NCBI GenBank assembly: GCA_002269645.1
Contig: NIVC01001196.1
Coordinates: forward strand, 62,001-126,000
Source of the DNA: Macrostomum lignano
Taxonomy: Eukaryota
Length of the DNA: 64,000 nt
Direction: 5' to 3'
The first letter of the stretch is position 1. Each line of letters opens with the position of its first letter. Shown piece after piece: positions 34,851 to 46,412 of the stretch. The position numbers and the translations under genes were made by a program. The notes under the pieces were generated by a model. That model saw nothing but the letters and a program-made list of their open reading frames with translations, made no database searches and was not told the origin of the DNA.

Positions 34851-35125
34851 TGCTGAGAACACTGAGGAGAACTGATCACTGCAGATTGTCGAAAGGATCA
34901 TTTCAATCTGCAGAGGGGACAAGCTGTAAACTGCTGAGGCAGTTTCTCAAGACTTATGGGCGTATAGCTGCAAACTGCTGAATGGATAACTGAGAACTGA
35001 TTGGGGGGGGGGGCAGACTTCTGACGATAATAACTTTTGAAGATTAATTGCAATTTGTTGGAGGAATTACTGCGGACTGCTGAGTGAATTATTTTTGTTT
35101 GCTGAGGGGACAATTCAAGCCCTAA
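34850..35125 (+). repeat. Fragment of the Helitron-like unit interior in opposite orientation to the main array
   Basis: Reverse complement matches the CCTCAGCAGTTTGCAG / GAATTGTCCCCTCAGC / ACTCAGCAGTCCGCAG blocks seen at ~40490-40700, 41450 and 53360. Confidence 0.65.
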
Positions 35126-35360
35126 TTTTAATGGACCGTGGGTTGAGTTGCAGAGAATAACAAAAACGTGAGGAGGCCTCACTGGCTCACGCCAATATAT
35201 TTAATGCCAAAGTTGGGGTGGGTGTAACCACCCTAAGCACGCACACGCTACAGCGCTAAACCCCAACCCCCCAAACCAGCCAGACGTGCACATCTAAGTG
35301 CACGCGCATCAACAAGCCAGACTACACTACTTTCCCCCTAGAAGCAAGACAGTTCCAGAG

Positions 35361-38300
35361 TCAAGCAAAGCCCGCCATGTATAAGTCAGGTGGCCGCTGC
35401 TCTCTCGCCGACCGCCGCGGAACCGTGACCGGCTCGGCCGGTGCCGCCGGCTGCTCCTCGGGTGCCTCGTCTGCCTGCAGCTCGGGCCAGAAGGTCACCG
35501 CGTCGCCGCCAGGATCGACCGCCAGCCCATGCGGCTCAGCGGCGGTGCCGTCGTTGTTGGAGTCGGCAGCCGGCGGCTGGTGGTCTGCTACGGCCGGAAG
35601 CTCCAGTGACGCCCGCCGCTGCACGAAGCGCTTGAGGCGGTCGTGGTGCACCAACAGCCGGCGCCTGCGGCCGGTCTCGTCCTGGATGCGGTAATTGACC
35701 TCGCCCAGGCGCCTCAGGACTCGGTACGGCCCCTTCCACATGGCGCTCAAACACCGCGTCTGGCCACGCTTGACGACGGAGTTGCGCAGCATTACGAGCT
35801 GGCCCTCTTCGAACTGTACGAACCGAGAGTCCTGGTTGGCCAGCCGCTTGCGCTCGGCCTGGGCGCTCCGCAGTCGGCCGTGCACCGCGTCGAAAGCGCT
35901 CTGCAGGTTCTCCTGAGTCCGCCGCAGGAAGCCGTGATGTCCACTGTCGGCTGCCGGCCGGTCGCCGCTTATCAGCCAGCTGTCAAGATCCAGCCTCGGT
36001 GACCAGCCGTGGAGGACCTGGTACGGACTGAGGCCGGTGGTGCTGTGCACGGAGGTGTTGTAGGCCCAGGTCACATACGGCAGCTTGCTGTCCCAATCCT
36101 GCTGGTTCTCGGCCAAAGTCGTCGCCAGCATATCGCCGAGCGTCCGGTTGCCTCGCTCGACGATTCCGCTGCCGCTCGGATGAAACGGCGACGTGCGCGT
36201 CTTTTCGACGCCCAGCTTCTCGCAGAGCCGGCCGAACACCTCGCTCTCGAATTGCCGTCCCTGGTCACTGTGCAGCACCTGAGGAGCGCCGTGACGATGA
36301 ACCACCGACTTGAGCAGTGCATCCGCCACCGTAACCGCGTCGATCGCCGCCAGGGCTGCCGTCTCCATCCACTTGGGAAAGGCGTCGCACATGTTTAGGA
36401 TGTACGCCTTGCCATCAGTCGTACGCGGAAGCGGCCCTTTGATGTCAATCTGCACCAGCTGCCATGGAGCCGTCGGCTGGCACGTCGACTGTAGCGGCGC
36501 TTTCTGCGGCTTGGTTGGACTCTTCTTGGCCAGGCAGACCGCACAGCTGGCCACCCAGTTCTCGACGTCCCGTCGCAGACCAGGCCACCAGCAGCGCTCA
36601 GACAATCTCGCTCCGGTCCTGTCGACGCCGAGGTGTCCGCTCTGGTCCCACGAGTGCGCCTGCTGCAGGAAATGTGGCCGCAGGTGACCGGGAATGACTG
36701 GCCGGCCACCGACCAGCAGGACTCCCGCCGAGCTCACCGAGGCCTCGTCCAGCAGCTCGCGAACCTGCGCCGCCCATGAATCGGACAGGCTGTCAATCCC
36801 TTCGGTCAGCGCCTGGAACGTTTTGCTCAGCAGCGGGTCTTGCAGTTGCTCCTCTTGCAGGCGGCTGTCGTCCCACCGAGGCTGCAGGCGCGTGCCGGCC
36901 ACCCGGCTCAGCGCATCCGGCACGACGTTGTCCCTGCCAGGCCGGTACAGCAGCTCGAACGAAAACTGCTGCAGCGTCGAAAGCCATCGCACCAGCCGAC
37001 CTTCGGGGTCCTTCGTTGCCAGCAGACCTTGCAGTGGCCGGTGGTCCGAGTAGACTCTGAAGCTCGGGACACTCAGCAGGTATGTCCTGAAATGCTTCAG
37101 ACTCCAGACCAGCGCCAGCAGCTCGCGGTCGGTCGCTGAGTAGTTGCGCTCGGCCTTGTTGAGGGTGCGAGAGGCGAACGTCACAGGCAGCTCGGCATCA
37201 CTGTGCAGTTGGCTGAGCACCGCGCCGACGGCGAACTGACTGCTGTCGCAGCTGAGCACGAACTGCTTGGTGAAATCCGGCAGCCTCAGCACCGGAGCCG
37301 TGGTCAGCCGGTCCTTCAACTCGCGGAACGCTCGCTCGCAGTCGCTGCTCCACGCGAAGTCCCTCGATTTCACGCTGACGTCGTGCAGGACCCTCGCCGT
37401 CTGGCTGAAGCCTGGGATGAACCGGCGGTAGAAACCCAGCATTCCAAGAAACCGCTTCACCTCCTCGGTCATCGTTGGGCTGGGCATGCTGCGAATGGCC
37501 TCGACCTTGCCGGGATCCGGTGCGATGCCCTGCTCGCTGATCAGGTGTCCCAGGTACAGCACCCGGCGATGGCCGAACGCGCTCTTGGCCTTGTGCAGCT
37601 TGAGTTCCGCGTCTCGCAACCGCTTAAAAACTTCCGCCAGCCTCTCCAAGTGCTCGTCAAACGTCCTGCTGAAGACAATGATGTCGTCGATATAAGTCAG
37701 CACGGACTCCCAAGACAGGCCGGACATCACCAGCTCCATGAGCCGCTGGAACGTCGCCGGGGCATTGCACATCCCGAAGCCCATCTTGCAGAATTGCATC
37801 AGGCCGCGCGTCGAATAGAAAGCCGTCTTGTACCGGTCCTCCTCCGCCACCTCCACCTGGTGGTAGCCCTGCCGGCAGTCGATGGTGGAGAACCAGGAGC
37901 ATCCAACAAGCGCATCCATGGCCTGCTGCAGGTGCGGCAGCGGGTACGCATCCTTGACCGTGCAGGCGTTAAACTGCCGCCAGTCCGTGCACAGTCTGAT
38001 GTCGCCGTTCTTCTTGCGGACCACCAGCAGGTTGCTGGCACAGGGCGATGTCGACGGTTCGATGATGCCGCTTTCCAGCATCTGACCGATCTTCTTGTCC
38101 ACCTTGTCTCGCACAGACAGCGGCAGCCGGCGCTGGACCTGCCGGTGTGGCCGCGCTCATGGCTCCAGCTCGATTTGGTGCTGCAGCAACGCCGTCGTGC
38201 CCAGGTCGTACTCGTGCCTGGCGAACAGGTCCTCGTTGCTCTCCAACAGCTGTCGCAGCCTTGCAGCATCCGGTTCGGGCAGCTCCGCGTTGATGTTCCA

Positions 38301-39075
38301 ACCGACGGGGTTCTCCTGGGCCGCCTCCTGGCGACCGTCCCCGTCTGTCATCGCGCCTTCGAACGTGCCGACCGCCTTGTTGGCGTACAGCAGCACGGGC
38401 TCCTCTGCCAGGTTGCACATTTTCACCGGGATGCGGCAGCCGTCCGAGACCACCAGCACGCGGGCCGGCAGGACGGCAGTGGACTTCACGAAGTCCTCAG
38501 ACGGCTCAAAGACTCCCTGCTCGCCGCTGGAATCCACCTTGAGCCACACCAGCTTCTCGCTGCGGGCGGGCAGCTCCGTAGTTGCCGCCACACGCGCACC
38601 AGGACACTCGGTACCAGGCGACAGTCTGCTCGAGCCGGTTCGCTGCTGAAAGGCACAGCTGTGCCGTCGAACCTGACGACGCCTTCTTTAATGTCAATGG
38701 TCATCGCCTGCGACACCTCGCCGATGAAGTCCATGCCGATGATCAGGCTGGGCTGGATGCCGTCCACGACTGTGAAGCAATGACGCACGCGGATGGTCTG
38801 GCCGATCGAAAAATCCGCTGCTGACAGGCCAAGGCAGCGCAGCCGAGATCCGTCGACAGCCGTCGGCCGCGCACCGATGTCGGTGGAGTCGATCTTGCAC
38901 GGCAATCTGTCGAATAGTGACTTGTCCATCAACGAAACTTGCGCGCCGGTGTCGAGCAGAGCAGGCGCTGACACGCTGCCAAAGTGCACCTTCACGAAGA
39001 CTGAAGGCGCTGATCTGAGGGCCCCTTTTGAGCGAGTCGGTGCTGGCCCCAGGCTGCCGACCCTCAGAAGTTTCC
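35361..39075 (-). pseudogene. pol: Gypsy Pol (protease, RT, RNase H, integrase) with one frameshift and one nonsense codon
   Basis: LLDTGAQVS, YIDD, ERNYSATDRELLA, H..GH...C..C zinc finger, SDQGRQF, ERGNRTL, WKGPYRV. Frameshift near 38590 and in-frame TGA at 38157-38159. Confidence 0.92.
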
Positions 39076-39076
39076 C
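39034..39076 (-). promoter_or_regulatory. Candidate -1 programmed ribosomal frameshift signal (gag-pol)
   Basis: G GGA AAC heptamer in the gag frame (39076-39070), 6-nt spacer, then a GGGTCGG...CCGACTC 7-bp stem. The protease ORF is in the -1 frame. Confidence 0.75.
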
Positions 39077-39858
39077 TGCGGCTGACCAGTTGGTGTCGGG
39101 CACACCGCGGCGGAGTGACCCTTGCCTGAGCACCGGCTGCAGCGGCTGCCGATCGCCTTTGGGCACCGCCTAGCGATGTTCCCCGGCTCAACGCAGCTGA
39201 AGCACTTAATGGGTCCCTTTTGACGCCTGTCTCTTCCGGGTGGTCCCGTTCGCACGCTGGCTGTCAGCTGCTGCATCTGCTGCTCCAGCTGGATCAGCCG
39301 TCTGTCTTTTACCGACACCGCGGCTGATGAGGCTGTAGTTGCGTGGCTCACCAGCTCAAGCTGCGCAGCTCTGTCGACGATGGCGGCCAGCGAACACGAG
39401 TCCGCGTCCTGGTCCTTCAACAGCGCATCTCTTACGGCAGATGGCAGGAGGCGCATCAGGCGAAACTTCACGTCCTTTTCCCGCGCCGCCACGGAGTTGT
39501 CCAGGCGGGCCCGAAGGTGGAGAAGCTTCAGACTGTAGGCGAGCTCCCTCAGCGACTCGTTGGGCTGTCGCTTTCGCTCTTCAAACTTCTCCATTGCTCT
39601 GTAGCAGCTCAGACTGTTGCTGAAGCACTCGATCAGCTTCTCCTTCAGCCTTTCATAGCTGGCTGACACGTCTGCCGGCTGCTCCCAGACGAAGATTTGC
39701 GCTTTTCCTGTCACTAGCAGTCTCAGCTTCTTTGCCTTCTTCTTGTCGTCCCATTCACAGTCGTCGGCGAAGTCTTCAAACGTGCTTAGCCACATTCTCA
39801 CGTTGGAGTCGCCGCTGAACTTTGGAGGCAATAAACTGGCTTGCTCTGATTTGGCCAT
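39064..39858 (-). CDS. gag: Gypsy Gag
   Basis: MAKSEQASLLPPKFSGDSNVRMWL...; two C-terminal zinc knuckles, CFSCVEPGNIARRC (degenerate) and CSRCSGKGHSAAVC. Confidence 0.85.
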   Translation of the reverse strand: MAKSEQASLLPPKFSGDSNVRMWLSTFEDFADDCEWDDKKKAKKLRLLVTGKAQIFVWEQPADVSASYERLKEKLIECFSNSLSCYRAMEKFEERKRQPNESLRELAYSLKLLHLRARLDNSVAAREKDVKFRLMRLLPSAVRDALLKDQDADSCSLAAIVDRAAQLELVSHATTASSAAVSVKDRRLIQLEQQMQQLTASVRTGPPGRDRRQKGPIKCFSCVEPGNIARRCPKAIGSRCSRCSGKGHSAAVCPTPTGQPQGNF

Positions 39859-39865
39859 ACTGAGA

Positions 39866-39877
39866 CCGCTGCCACCA
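39866..39877 (-). promoter_or_regulatory. Gypsy primer binding site, tRNA-Leu-like
   Basis: TGGTGGCAGCGG is complementary to the ...CCGCTGCCACCA 3' end known for eukaryotic tRNA-Leu. Confidence 0.7.
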
Positions 39878-40117
39878 GTGTAAGACCGTGGGTTGAGTTG
39901 TCTATAAGCAGTTTTGCACAGTCGCTGAGCAAATCTCACTAATCTCCGAGCAGTTCTGCAGTAGCAAATCTCTAAGCAGTTGTACACCAATTTTACTAAG
40001 ACTAAAAAGTTCTAAAAAGTTACATTTCTTTATGTTTGAAATTTGCAATTTCAATTCATTTATAGTTCTTTTAAGGATTATTCCTTATTTTCAAATTCTC
40101 ACCAGATTAGCACTATT

Positions 40118-40440
40118 CTCCCATATTAGCAGCACACCCCCATATTAGCCGCACACCTCCATATTAGCTGCACACCCCCATATTAGCCGCACACTCCCAG
40201 ATTAGCCCCACTTCCCCCAGATTAGCCGCACACTCCCAGATTAGCCCCACTTCCCCCAGATTAGCACTCAGCCCAAATTAGCACTCAGCCCAGATTAGCA
40301 CTCAGCCCAGATTAGCACTCAGCACAAATTAGCCCTCAGCCCAGATTAGCCCTCAGCCCAGATTAGCACTCAGCCCAGATTAGCCCTCAGCCCAGATTAG
40401 CCCTCAGCCCAGATTAGCACTCAGCCCAGATTAGCACCGC
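40118..40440. repeat. ATTAGC-core minisatellite (19-20-bp units changing to 17-bp units)
   Basis: ATTAGCCGCACACCCCCAT-type units followed by ATTAGCACTCAGCCCAG units. Confidence 0.9.
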
Positions 40441-42000
40441 TCGACAGATTACCGCCGCTTCCCAGATAATTTCCACCTCCCAGAATTGTCCCCTCAGCAA
40501 GGTACAATTATTCACAGTTAGATATCCTCCTCAGAAGTCTGCCATTATTATCCTAGCAGTCTGCAGCTATCCCCTAGGCAGTTTGCAGCTTATATGCTCA
40601 TAAGTCTCGAGAAACTAACTAACGTCAGCAGTTTGCAGTTTGTCCCCTTTGCAGTCTGCAATGATCTCTTCAACAATCTGCCATTCCCCTCAGCAATCTG
40701 CAGTCAATTCATTTGCAGTCAGCAAGTGTTTCCTTAATAATTCTCATTTATCCCCTCAGCAGTCTGCAGTTCTCTCAGCTGGCCCCTCAGTATTCTCAGC
40801 AAACTGCAATGATCTTTTCAATGATTTAAAAATTTGCTCAGCATTTACTACGGCTCACTAATCAATTTTCGATACATATTGGCAGTCTTGCGCAACTCAG
40901 CATTTAGCAATACCTCAGCAGTTTAGCTGCTTAGCAGCATCGTCTGCAACTTAGCAGCCTATGTATGACTGCATTGTACGGCTCACTGATTAGCACTGCT
41001 CTAGAAGCTTAACGCAGCCCCAGAAAAAGTATCTTTAAATTTAAATGTTTAATGCCTGCATGACAATGATTATTCTCACAGGTCACAAAGATAAATTCGC
41101 TGCTTCAACGCAGACTCGAACTGCCGACCTTCTGCTTGGCCTATGCCTGTTATTGCCTGTCTACAGTAACAGGCATAGCTAGGCTAAGCCTGGCTATAGT
41201 GCCTATTGACAGATGGTCAAAAAATCCTTATATTTTACCTTATACAAATTCAGTTTAGTAACTTTAGCAGTTCGAAGTTAACGTTTCTCAGCCTCCCCCC
41301 AGAAATCGGCAGTTATCCCGACAAAAACCTGAAATTAGCTATCCCTTTTAATCCCGCAAAACAGACTGCAGTAGTACTCTTAGCAGCCTGCAGTTATCCA
41401 CTTTGCCGTCTACAACTTTCATTAACATCAGCAAACTACAATAATTCACTCAGCAGTCCGCAGTTATCGCCTCAACAACGTGCACTTACTACTTCACCGT
41501 TATTATCCACTTAAGACTCTCTAAATAGTTATCCCCTCAGCAGTTTGCAGCTATACACTCGTAAGTCTGGAGGAACTACCTCAGCAATCAGTATCAGTAT
41601 CGGTATCAGCATCAGTATCCTCAGCAAACTGCAATGATCCTTTCAACAATGTAGAAATTAGCTCAGCATTGTATGGCTTACTAATCGATTTTCGATACAT
41701 ATCGGCAATCTTTTGCACCACTCAGCATTTAGCAATACCTCAGCAGTTTAGCAGCATTGTCTGCAGTTAAGTAATTTAATTAATACTTCCATAGACCTAG
41801 ATAATAACAATTAATGGGATCTTAGGATTTTACAAATCAAATCAAATTTGCTTAAAGGCTTGTGCGAGTAGCAAAAATAAATTATTGTAATTAATAAAAA
41901 AATTTTAATTGCTCAGGCAATAGATAATTAATCAAGCAATTCTCAAAATAGTCGAAGCACAAGCTACTAATGAATGAATTTGTTTAATTTTAATTATCCG

Positions 42001-42079
42001 CTGGGGAGGCGGACTCGAACCTTGGACCTTACGCCTAGCCTAAACCTAGTCCTAGTGCCTACACTGCGGCTATTCCGCC
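42001..42079 (-). other. tRNA-derived (SINE-head-like) Pol III cassette; copies at 48521-48597, 53876-53955, 54484-54563, 59148-59226
   Basis: Minus strand GGCGGAATAGCCGCAGTGTAGG...AAGGTTCGAGTCCGCC has an A-box-like motif and a consensus B box. The T-stem does not pair fully, so it is not called a tRNA gene. Confidence 0.6.
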
Positions 42080-42685
42080 TACTGATCGGAGGGCGCAAAA
42101 ATCAGCCATATATGCTTCGGCACTGCAGTCAAATACATAGCAGTGATAGGCTGCTCAGTGTGCACAGGTTGTATGCAGGCAGAGCCAATGCACAGTTAAG
42201 TGAAATCTATAAATAGCAATTGTCTATGCAGTCCGCCAGTCAGCCAGGGTCAGAATGTACACACGCAGCCACTGAGCATTATTTTCCTCTCCCTTATTGC
42301 AGCCAGTATTGAGGCGTACACAGTGAACAGAGAAAAGTTGTGGCGCAATCTTAATTGGAATTGAAATTCAGTTAGTGAGATTTTGACCTTTTCTAGCCGC
42401 CCATTGAAAGCAATGGGAAAACTCGTTTTTCGAATATTTAACCAACTTCCCATTCGAATTTTTCAATGCAACTACACCCACACAATCTCACAAAAATTTT
42501 GAGTTGAATAAAGCAAGTTGAAAAAAATCGGTTCAGGCATTCAGGCGGGAATACCGGTCAAACAGACAAAATAGTATAATTTTGGTGAAAACGCAATCAA
42601 AATCGGTGAAGAATTGCTCACTCTAGAGTGTTATGGACAAGCAAGCATACAAATATTAGAGATTTAGTATATTTAGATATTGTGA

Positions 42686-43049
42686 CTAGCTAGTTAGAGC
42701 TGGCTGCCAGCAGCCAGAATAATTTTTTTATTGCCCCCCTTTAAGTGGAGCGGAGTGAGTTTTCTTATCAGTTGGCTCTGGCGCAATCAATTAAAATTGG
42801 CAGTGAAGTTTCTGGCTGATAAAATTTGCATTGAAAAAGGCCATTTAAAACAGCTTTTCGAATATTTAATCCCTTTAGCATTGAAGCAGATACAAGAAAT
42901 TTTAACCATACAATCCCAGGCTGATTACGAATCTTTTGGCGAAAACGCGATCAAAATCGGTGAAGAATTGCTCACTCTAGAGCGTTATGGACAAGCAAGC
43001 AAGCAAGCAAGCATACAAATATTAGAGATTTAGTATATTTAGAAGAAGA
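42686..43049 (-). mobile_element. Short Helitron-like unit S1
   Basis: 5' TC end at 43049; 3' hairpin CTGGCTG-CTGG-CAGCCAG followed by CTCTAACTAGCTAG|T. Confidence 0.7.
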
Positions 43050-43584
43050 CTAGCCATTTAGCCCCCCGCTGGGGAGCCTTGAAAATGACACCAATTGGTT
43101 TTTATTTTGGCACAAGAGTAACCTTACTATAATCATCCAAAATTTTGATTTCCAATAATCAAAAATTACCTTTTCTCATTTTGGCAGAAATAAATTCTCA
43201 TTAATCCGAATTTTATTAGCCAAAAAAGTTTCGTTTATCAGCTCAAAACCCTTTCTACGTAAATCAGCAAATAGTGCTTATCCTTTCAAGCACAAACTCT
43301 TGATACATATCGTCACTGGCCGGGGCATATTCTGATCCGCAGCAGGAGCTCAATATGCAAATCCCTGACGCCCTTAGACTCTCTCTATATATTAGCCTAA
43401 ATCAAAGGATCAAAACAGCGCAAAGGATTAAATGCGCTGGTATTTCCTATTAGCAGAAATCAGCATCACTTGTGTGTACTTTTTCATTATCTGAATTACA
43501 TGAGCTACTTGAGCCGTACTACCTGACTATCTGACAATCGCCCAACAACCTAACACCCCCCAAAAACATTCAGCCATCGTCCAT

Positions 43585-44700
43585 GAGCTTTGACATCTCA
43601 GCAATTCCCCCAGTAAGCCTTGATATCTCACAATTCCCCCAGTAAGCCTTGAAATCTCAGCATTCCACCAGTAAGCATTGAGATCTCAGCAATACCCCCA
43701 GTAAGCCTTGACATCTCAGCAATTCCCCCAGTAAGCCTTGACATCTCAGAAATTCCCCCAGTAAGCCTTGACATCTCAGCAATTCCCCCAGTAAGCCTTG
43801 AGATCTCAGCAATACCCCCAGTAAGCCTTGACGTCTGAGGAATTCCCCCAGTAAGCCTTGAAATCTCAGCATTCCCCCAGTAAGCCTTGAGATCTCAGAA
43901 ATTATCCCAGTAAGTTTGGAGATCTCAGCATTTCCCCCAGTAAGCCTTGACATCTCAGCAATTCCCCCAGTAAGCCTTGACATCTCACAATTCCCCCAGT
44001 AAGCCTTGAAATCTCAGCATTCCGCCAGTAAGCATTGAGATCTCAGAAATTATCCCAGTAAGTTTTGAGATCTCAGCAATTCCCCCAGTAAGCCTTGACA
44101 TCTCAGAAATTCCCCCAGTAAGCCTTGACATCTCAGCAATTCCCCCAGTAAGCCTTGAGATCTCAGCAATACCCCCAGTAAGCCTTGACGTCTGAGGAAT
44201 TCCCCCAGTAAGCCTTGAAATCTCAGCAATTCCCCCAGTAAGCCTTGAGATCTCAGAAATTATCCCAGTAAGTTTGGAGATCTCAGCATTTCCCCCAGTA
44301 AGCCTTGACATCTCAGCAATTCCCCCAGTAAGCCTTGACATCTCAGCAATTCCCCCAGTAAGCCTTGAAATCTCAGCATTCCGCCAGTAAGCATTGAGAT
44401 CTCAGAAATTATCCCAGTAAGTTTTGAGATCTCAGCAATTCCCCCAGTAAGCCTTGACATCTCAGAAATTCCCCCAGTAAGCCTTGACATCTCAGCAATT
44501 CCCTCAGTAAGCCTTGACATTTTAGCAATTCCCCCAGTAAGCTCTGAGATCTCAGCAATTCCCCCAGTAAGCCTTGACATCTCAGCAATTCCCCCAGTAA
44601 GCCTTGACATCTCAGTAAGCATAGAAATCTTAGCAATTCCCAGTAGGACTTGACATTTTAGCAATTCCCAGAAAGCCTTGACATCTCAGCAATACTTAGT
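43585..44700. repeat. 30-bp minisatellite (CCCCCAGTAAGCCTTGACATCTCAGCAATT)n; also at ~50215-50770 and ~56155-56740
   Basis: Read directly; it generates the spurious 10-aa-periodic ORFs (MSRLTGGIAE...). Confidence 0.95.
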
Positions 44701-44703
44701 AGG

Positions 44704-46412
44704 TGTAGAGAAAACTAACGATTGAATTATGAGATATTTAATTGGAGTTAAATTGAATCTAAGATAAGCCAGTAAGTGGGCGCAGGGCCCAAACAAGTAT
44801 ATTTATACCAGACATTAACTTAGGGGGTTTGAATTGCAGATAATAAAGAGAGGGGTGGAGTGCGCGACTAAATAGAGAGGCGAGAATGGAGAACCAATCA
44901 GAACGCAGCAAGGGAGAGAGAGATAAGAATAACAAGATTGAGCTAGACAGAGAGAGAGAAAACGGAGTAAACAGAGACAATTGAAGGTGAACTAAGAAAT
45001 GACTAGGAAAGTCGCGACACTCCCCCCAAAAAAATGGAACATTTTTTGAATTTTCGAGTACCATTACCAATTGAAATTAATGAGTTAAAATTAGGTCGAA
45101 TTAAATTGAAAAACACATTCACAATAAATGGTGTATAAAACGATTTGAAAAATACATAATGACTAAGAATTTGAATACAAAAACAGTAGAGCGAATGCAA
45201 ATATTTAGACCGAATTTTAAACTTAGATTTTTATTGAGTAGTTTTTGAACCATAGCAATGAGAAGACTGAAAAGACTGAATATATCCGCCCTCCCCCCTA
45301 AAAATTAATTTAATTTTTTACATTGTGACTACATGGTGAAAGAAAAAATTGAATGACGAATTAACGAGGCGATCTGGCAGGCGATGAGCGAAGAGACGAT
45401 CCGGCAGGCGATGAGCGAAGAGACGATCCGGCAGGCGATGAGCAAAGAGACGATCCGGCAGGCGAGCCCCGAGGCGCCCCGGCCGAGAATTTGAACCGAG
45501 AGAGACCGAGGACACCGCAGGACGCACCCCGGCAGACGATGAGCGAAGAGACGATCCGGAAGGCGAGCGAAGAGACGATCCGGCAGGCGAGCCCCGCGGC
45601 GCCCCGGCAGAGAATTGGAAACCGAGAGAGACCGAGGACACCGCAGGACGCACCCCCGGCAGACGACGAGCGAAGAGACGATCCGGAAGGCGAGCGAAGA
45701 GACGATCCGGCAGGCGAGCCCCGCGGCGCCCCGGCAGAGAATCTGAACCGAGAGAGACCGAGGACACCGCAGGACGCACCCCCGGCAGACGATGAGCGAA
45801 GAGACGATCCGGCAGGCGAGCCCTGAGGTGCCCCGGCCGAGAATTTGAGACCGAGAGAGACCGAGGACACCGCAGGACGCACCCCCGGCAGACGAAGCGA
45901 TGAGGCCGACAGACGAAGCGATGAGGCCGACAGACGAAGCGATGAGGCCGACAGACGAAGCGATGAGGCCGACAAACGAAGCGATGAGGCCGACAGACGG
46001 GATGACGAGATGACTGGTGGAGGGTTACGACTATGACGATGGCATGGCCTTTGCCAGCCTTACTGAATTGACTTAATTATTTTACATTGGGCGCCATGTA
46101 GAGAAAACTAACGATTGAATTATGAGATATTTAATTGGAGTTAAATTGAATCTAAGATAAGCCAGTAAGTGGGCGCAGGGCCCAAACAAGTATATTTATA
46201 CCAGACATTAACTTAGGGGGTTTGAATTGCAGATAATAAAGAGAGGGGTGGAGTGCGCGACTAAATAGAGAGGCGAGAATGGAGAACCAATCAGAACGCA
46301 GCAAGGGAGAGAGAGATAAGAATAACAAGATTGAGCTAGACAGAGAGAGAGAAAACGGAGTAAACAGAGACAATTGAAGGTGAACTAAGAAATGACTAGG
46401 AAAGTCGCGACA
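44704..46412 (-). mobile_element. Non-coding TRIM-like LTR retrotransposon (1709 bp)
   Basis: Two apparently identical 316-bp LTRs (44704-45019, 46097-46412; TG...CA), 5-bp TSD GTAGG, PBS TGGCGCCCAA (46096-46087), PPT GGGGGGAG (45027-45020). Interior is AT-rich sequence plus tandem repeats. Confidence 0.93.
45370..46000. repeat. Tandem repeats inside the TRIM (~120-bp units and a 21-bp unit x5)
   Basis: GATGAGCGAAGAGACGATCCGGCAGGC...GAGGACACCGCAGGACGCACC units, then (GACGAAGCGATGAGGCCGACA)x5. Confidence 0.9.

Larger units (their letters stand above)
35132..39900 (-). mobile_element. Gypsy (Metaviridae) LTR retrotransposon with truncated 5' LTR
   Basis: gag-PR-RT-RH-IN order. PPT AGGGGGAAAGTAG (35339-35327) followed by TGTAG, 3' LTR ~35326-35132. 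PBS TGGTGGCAGCGG (39877-39866) after ...TTACA. Only ~20 bp of the 5' LTR survive (GACCGTGGGTTGAGTTG at 39884-39900 equals 35134-35150). Confidence 0.92.
39901..42677 (-). mobile_element. Non-autonomous Helitron-like unit H0 (3'-truncated)
   Basis: Minus-strand 5' end A|TCTAAATATACTAAATCTC followed by a TTGC microsatellite; interior collinear with units H1-H3. Confidence 0.65.

Noticed and set aside
35327-35360. Gypsy env gene or chromodomain
   Set aside because: The pol stop lies about 20 nt from the PPT and the C-terminus shows no chromodomain motif.
37203-38783. 526-aa plus-strand ORF and the other long ORFs overlapping Gypsy pol
   Set aside because: Antisense or off-frame shadows of a GC-rich coding region; no recognisable motifs.
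42001-42079. Bona fide tRNA gene
   Set aside because: B box is present but the T-stem and anticodon arm do not pair convincingly; treated as tRNA-derived.
43657-44664. Periodic ORFs (MSRLTGGIAE / LRCQGLLGE repeats), also at 56093-56623
   Set aside because: Translations of a 30-bp minisatellite. Frames are broken by indels and are not conserved between units.
45318-45975. Gag-like ORF inside the TRIM
   Set aside because: The ORFs consist only of tandem-repeat translations and have no capsid or zinc-knuckle motifs.
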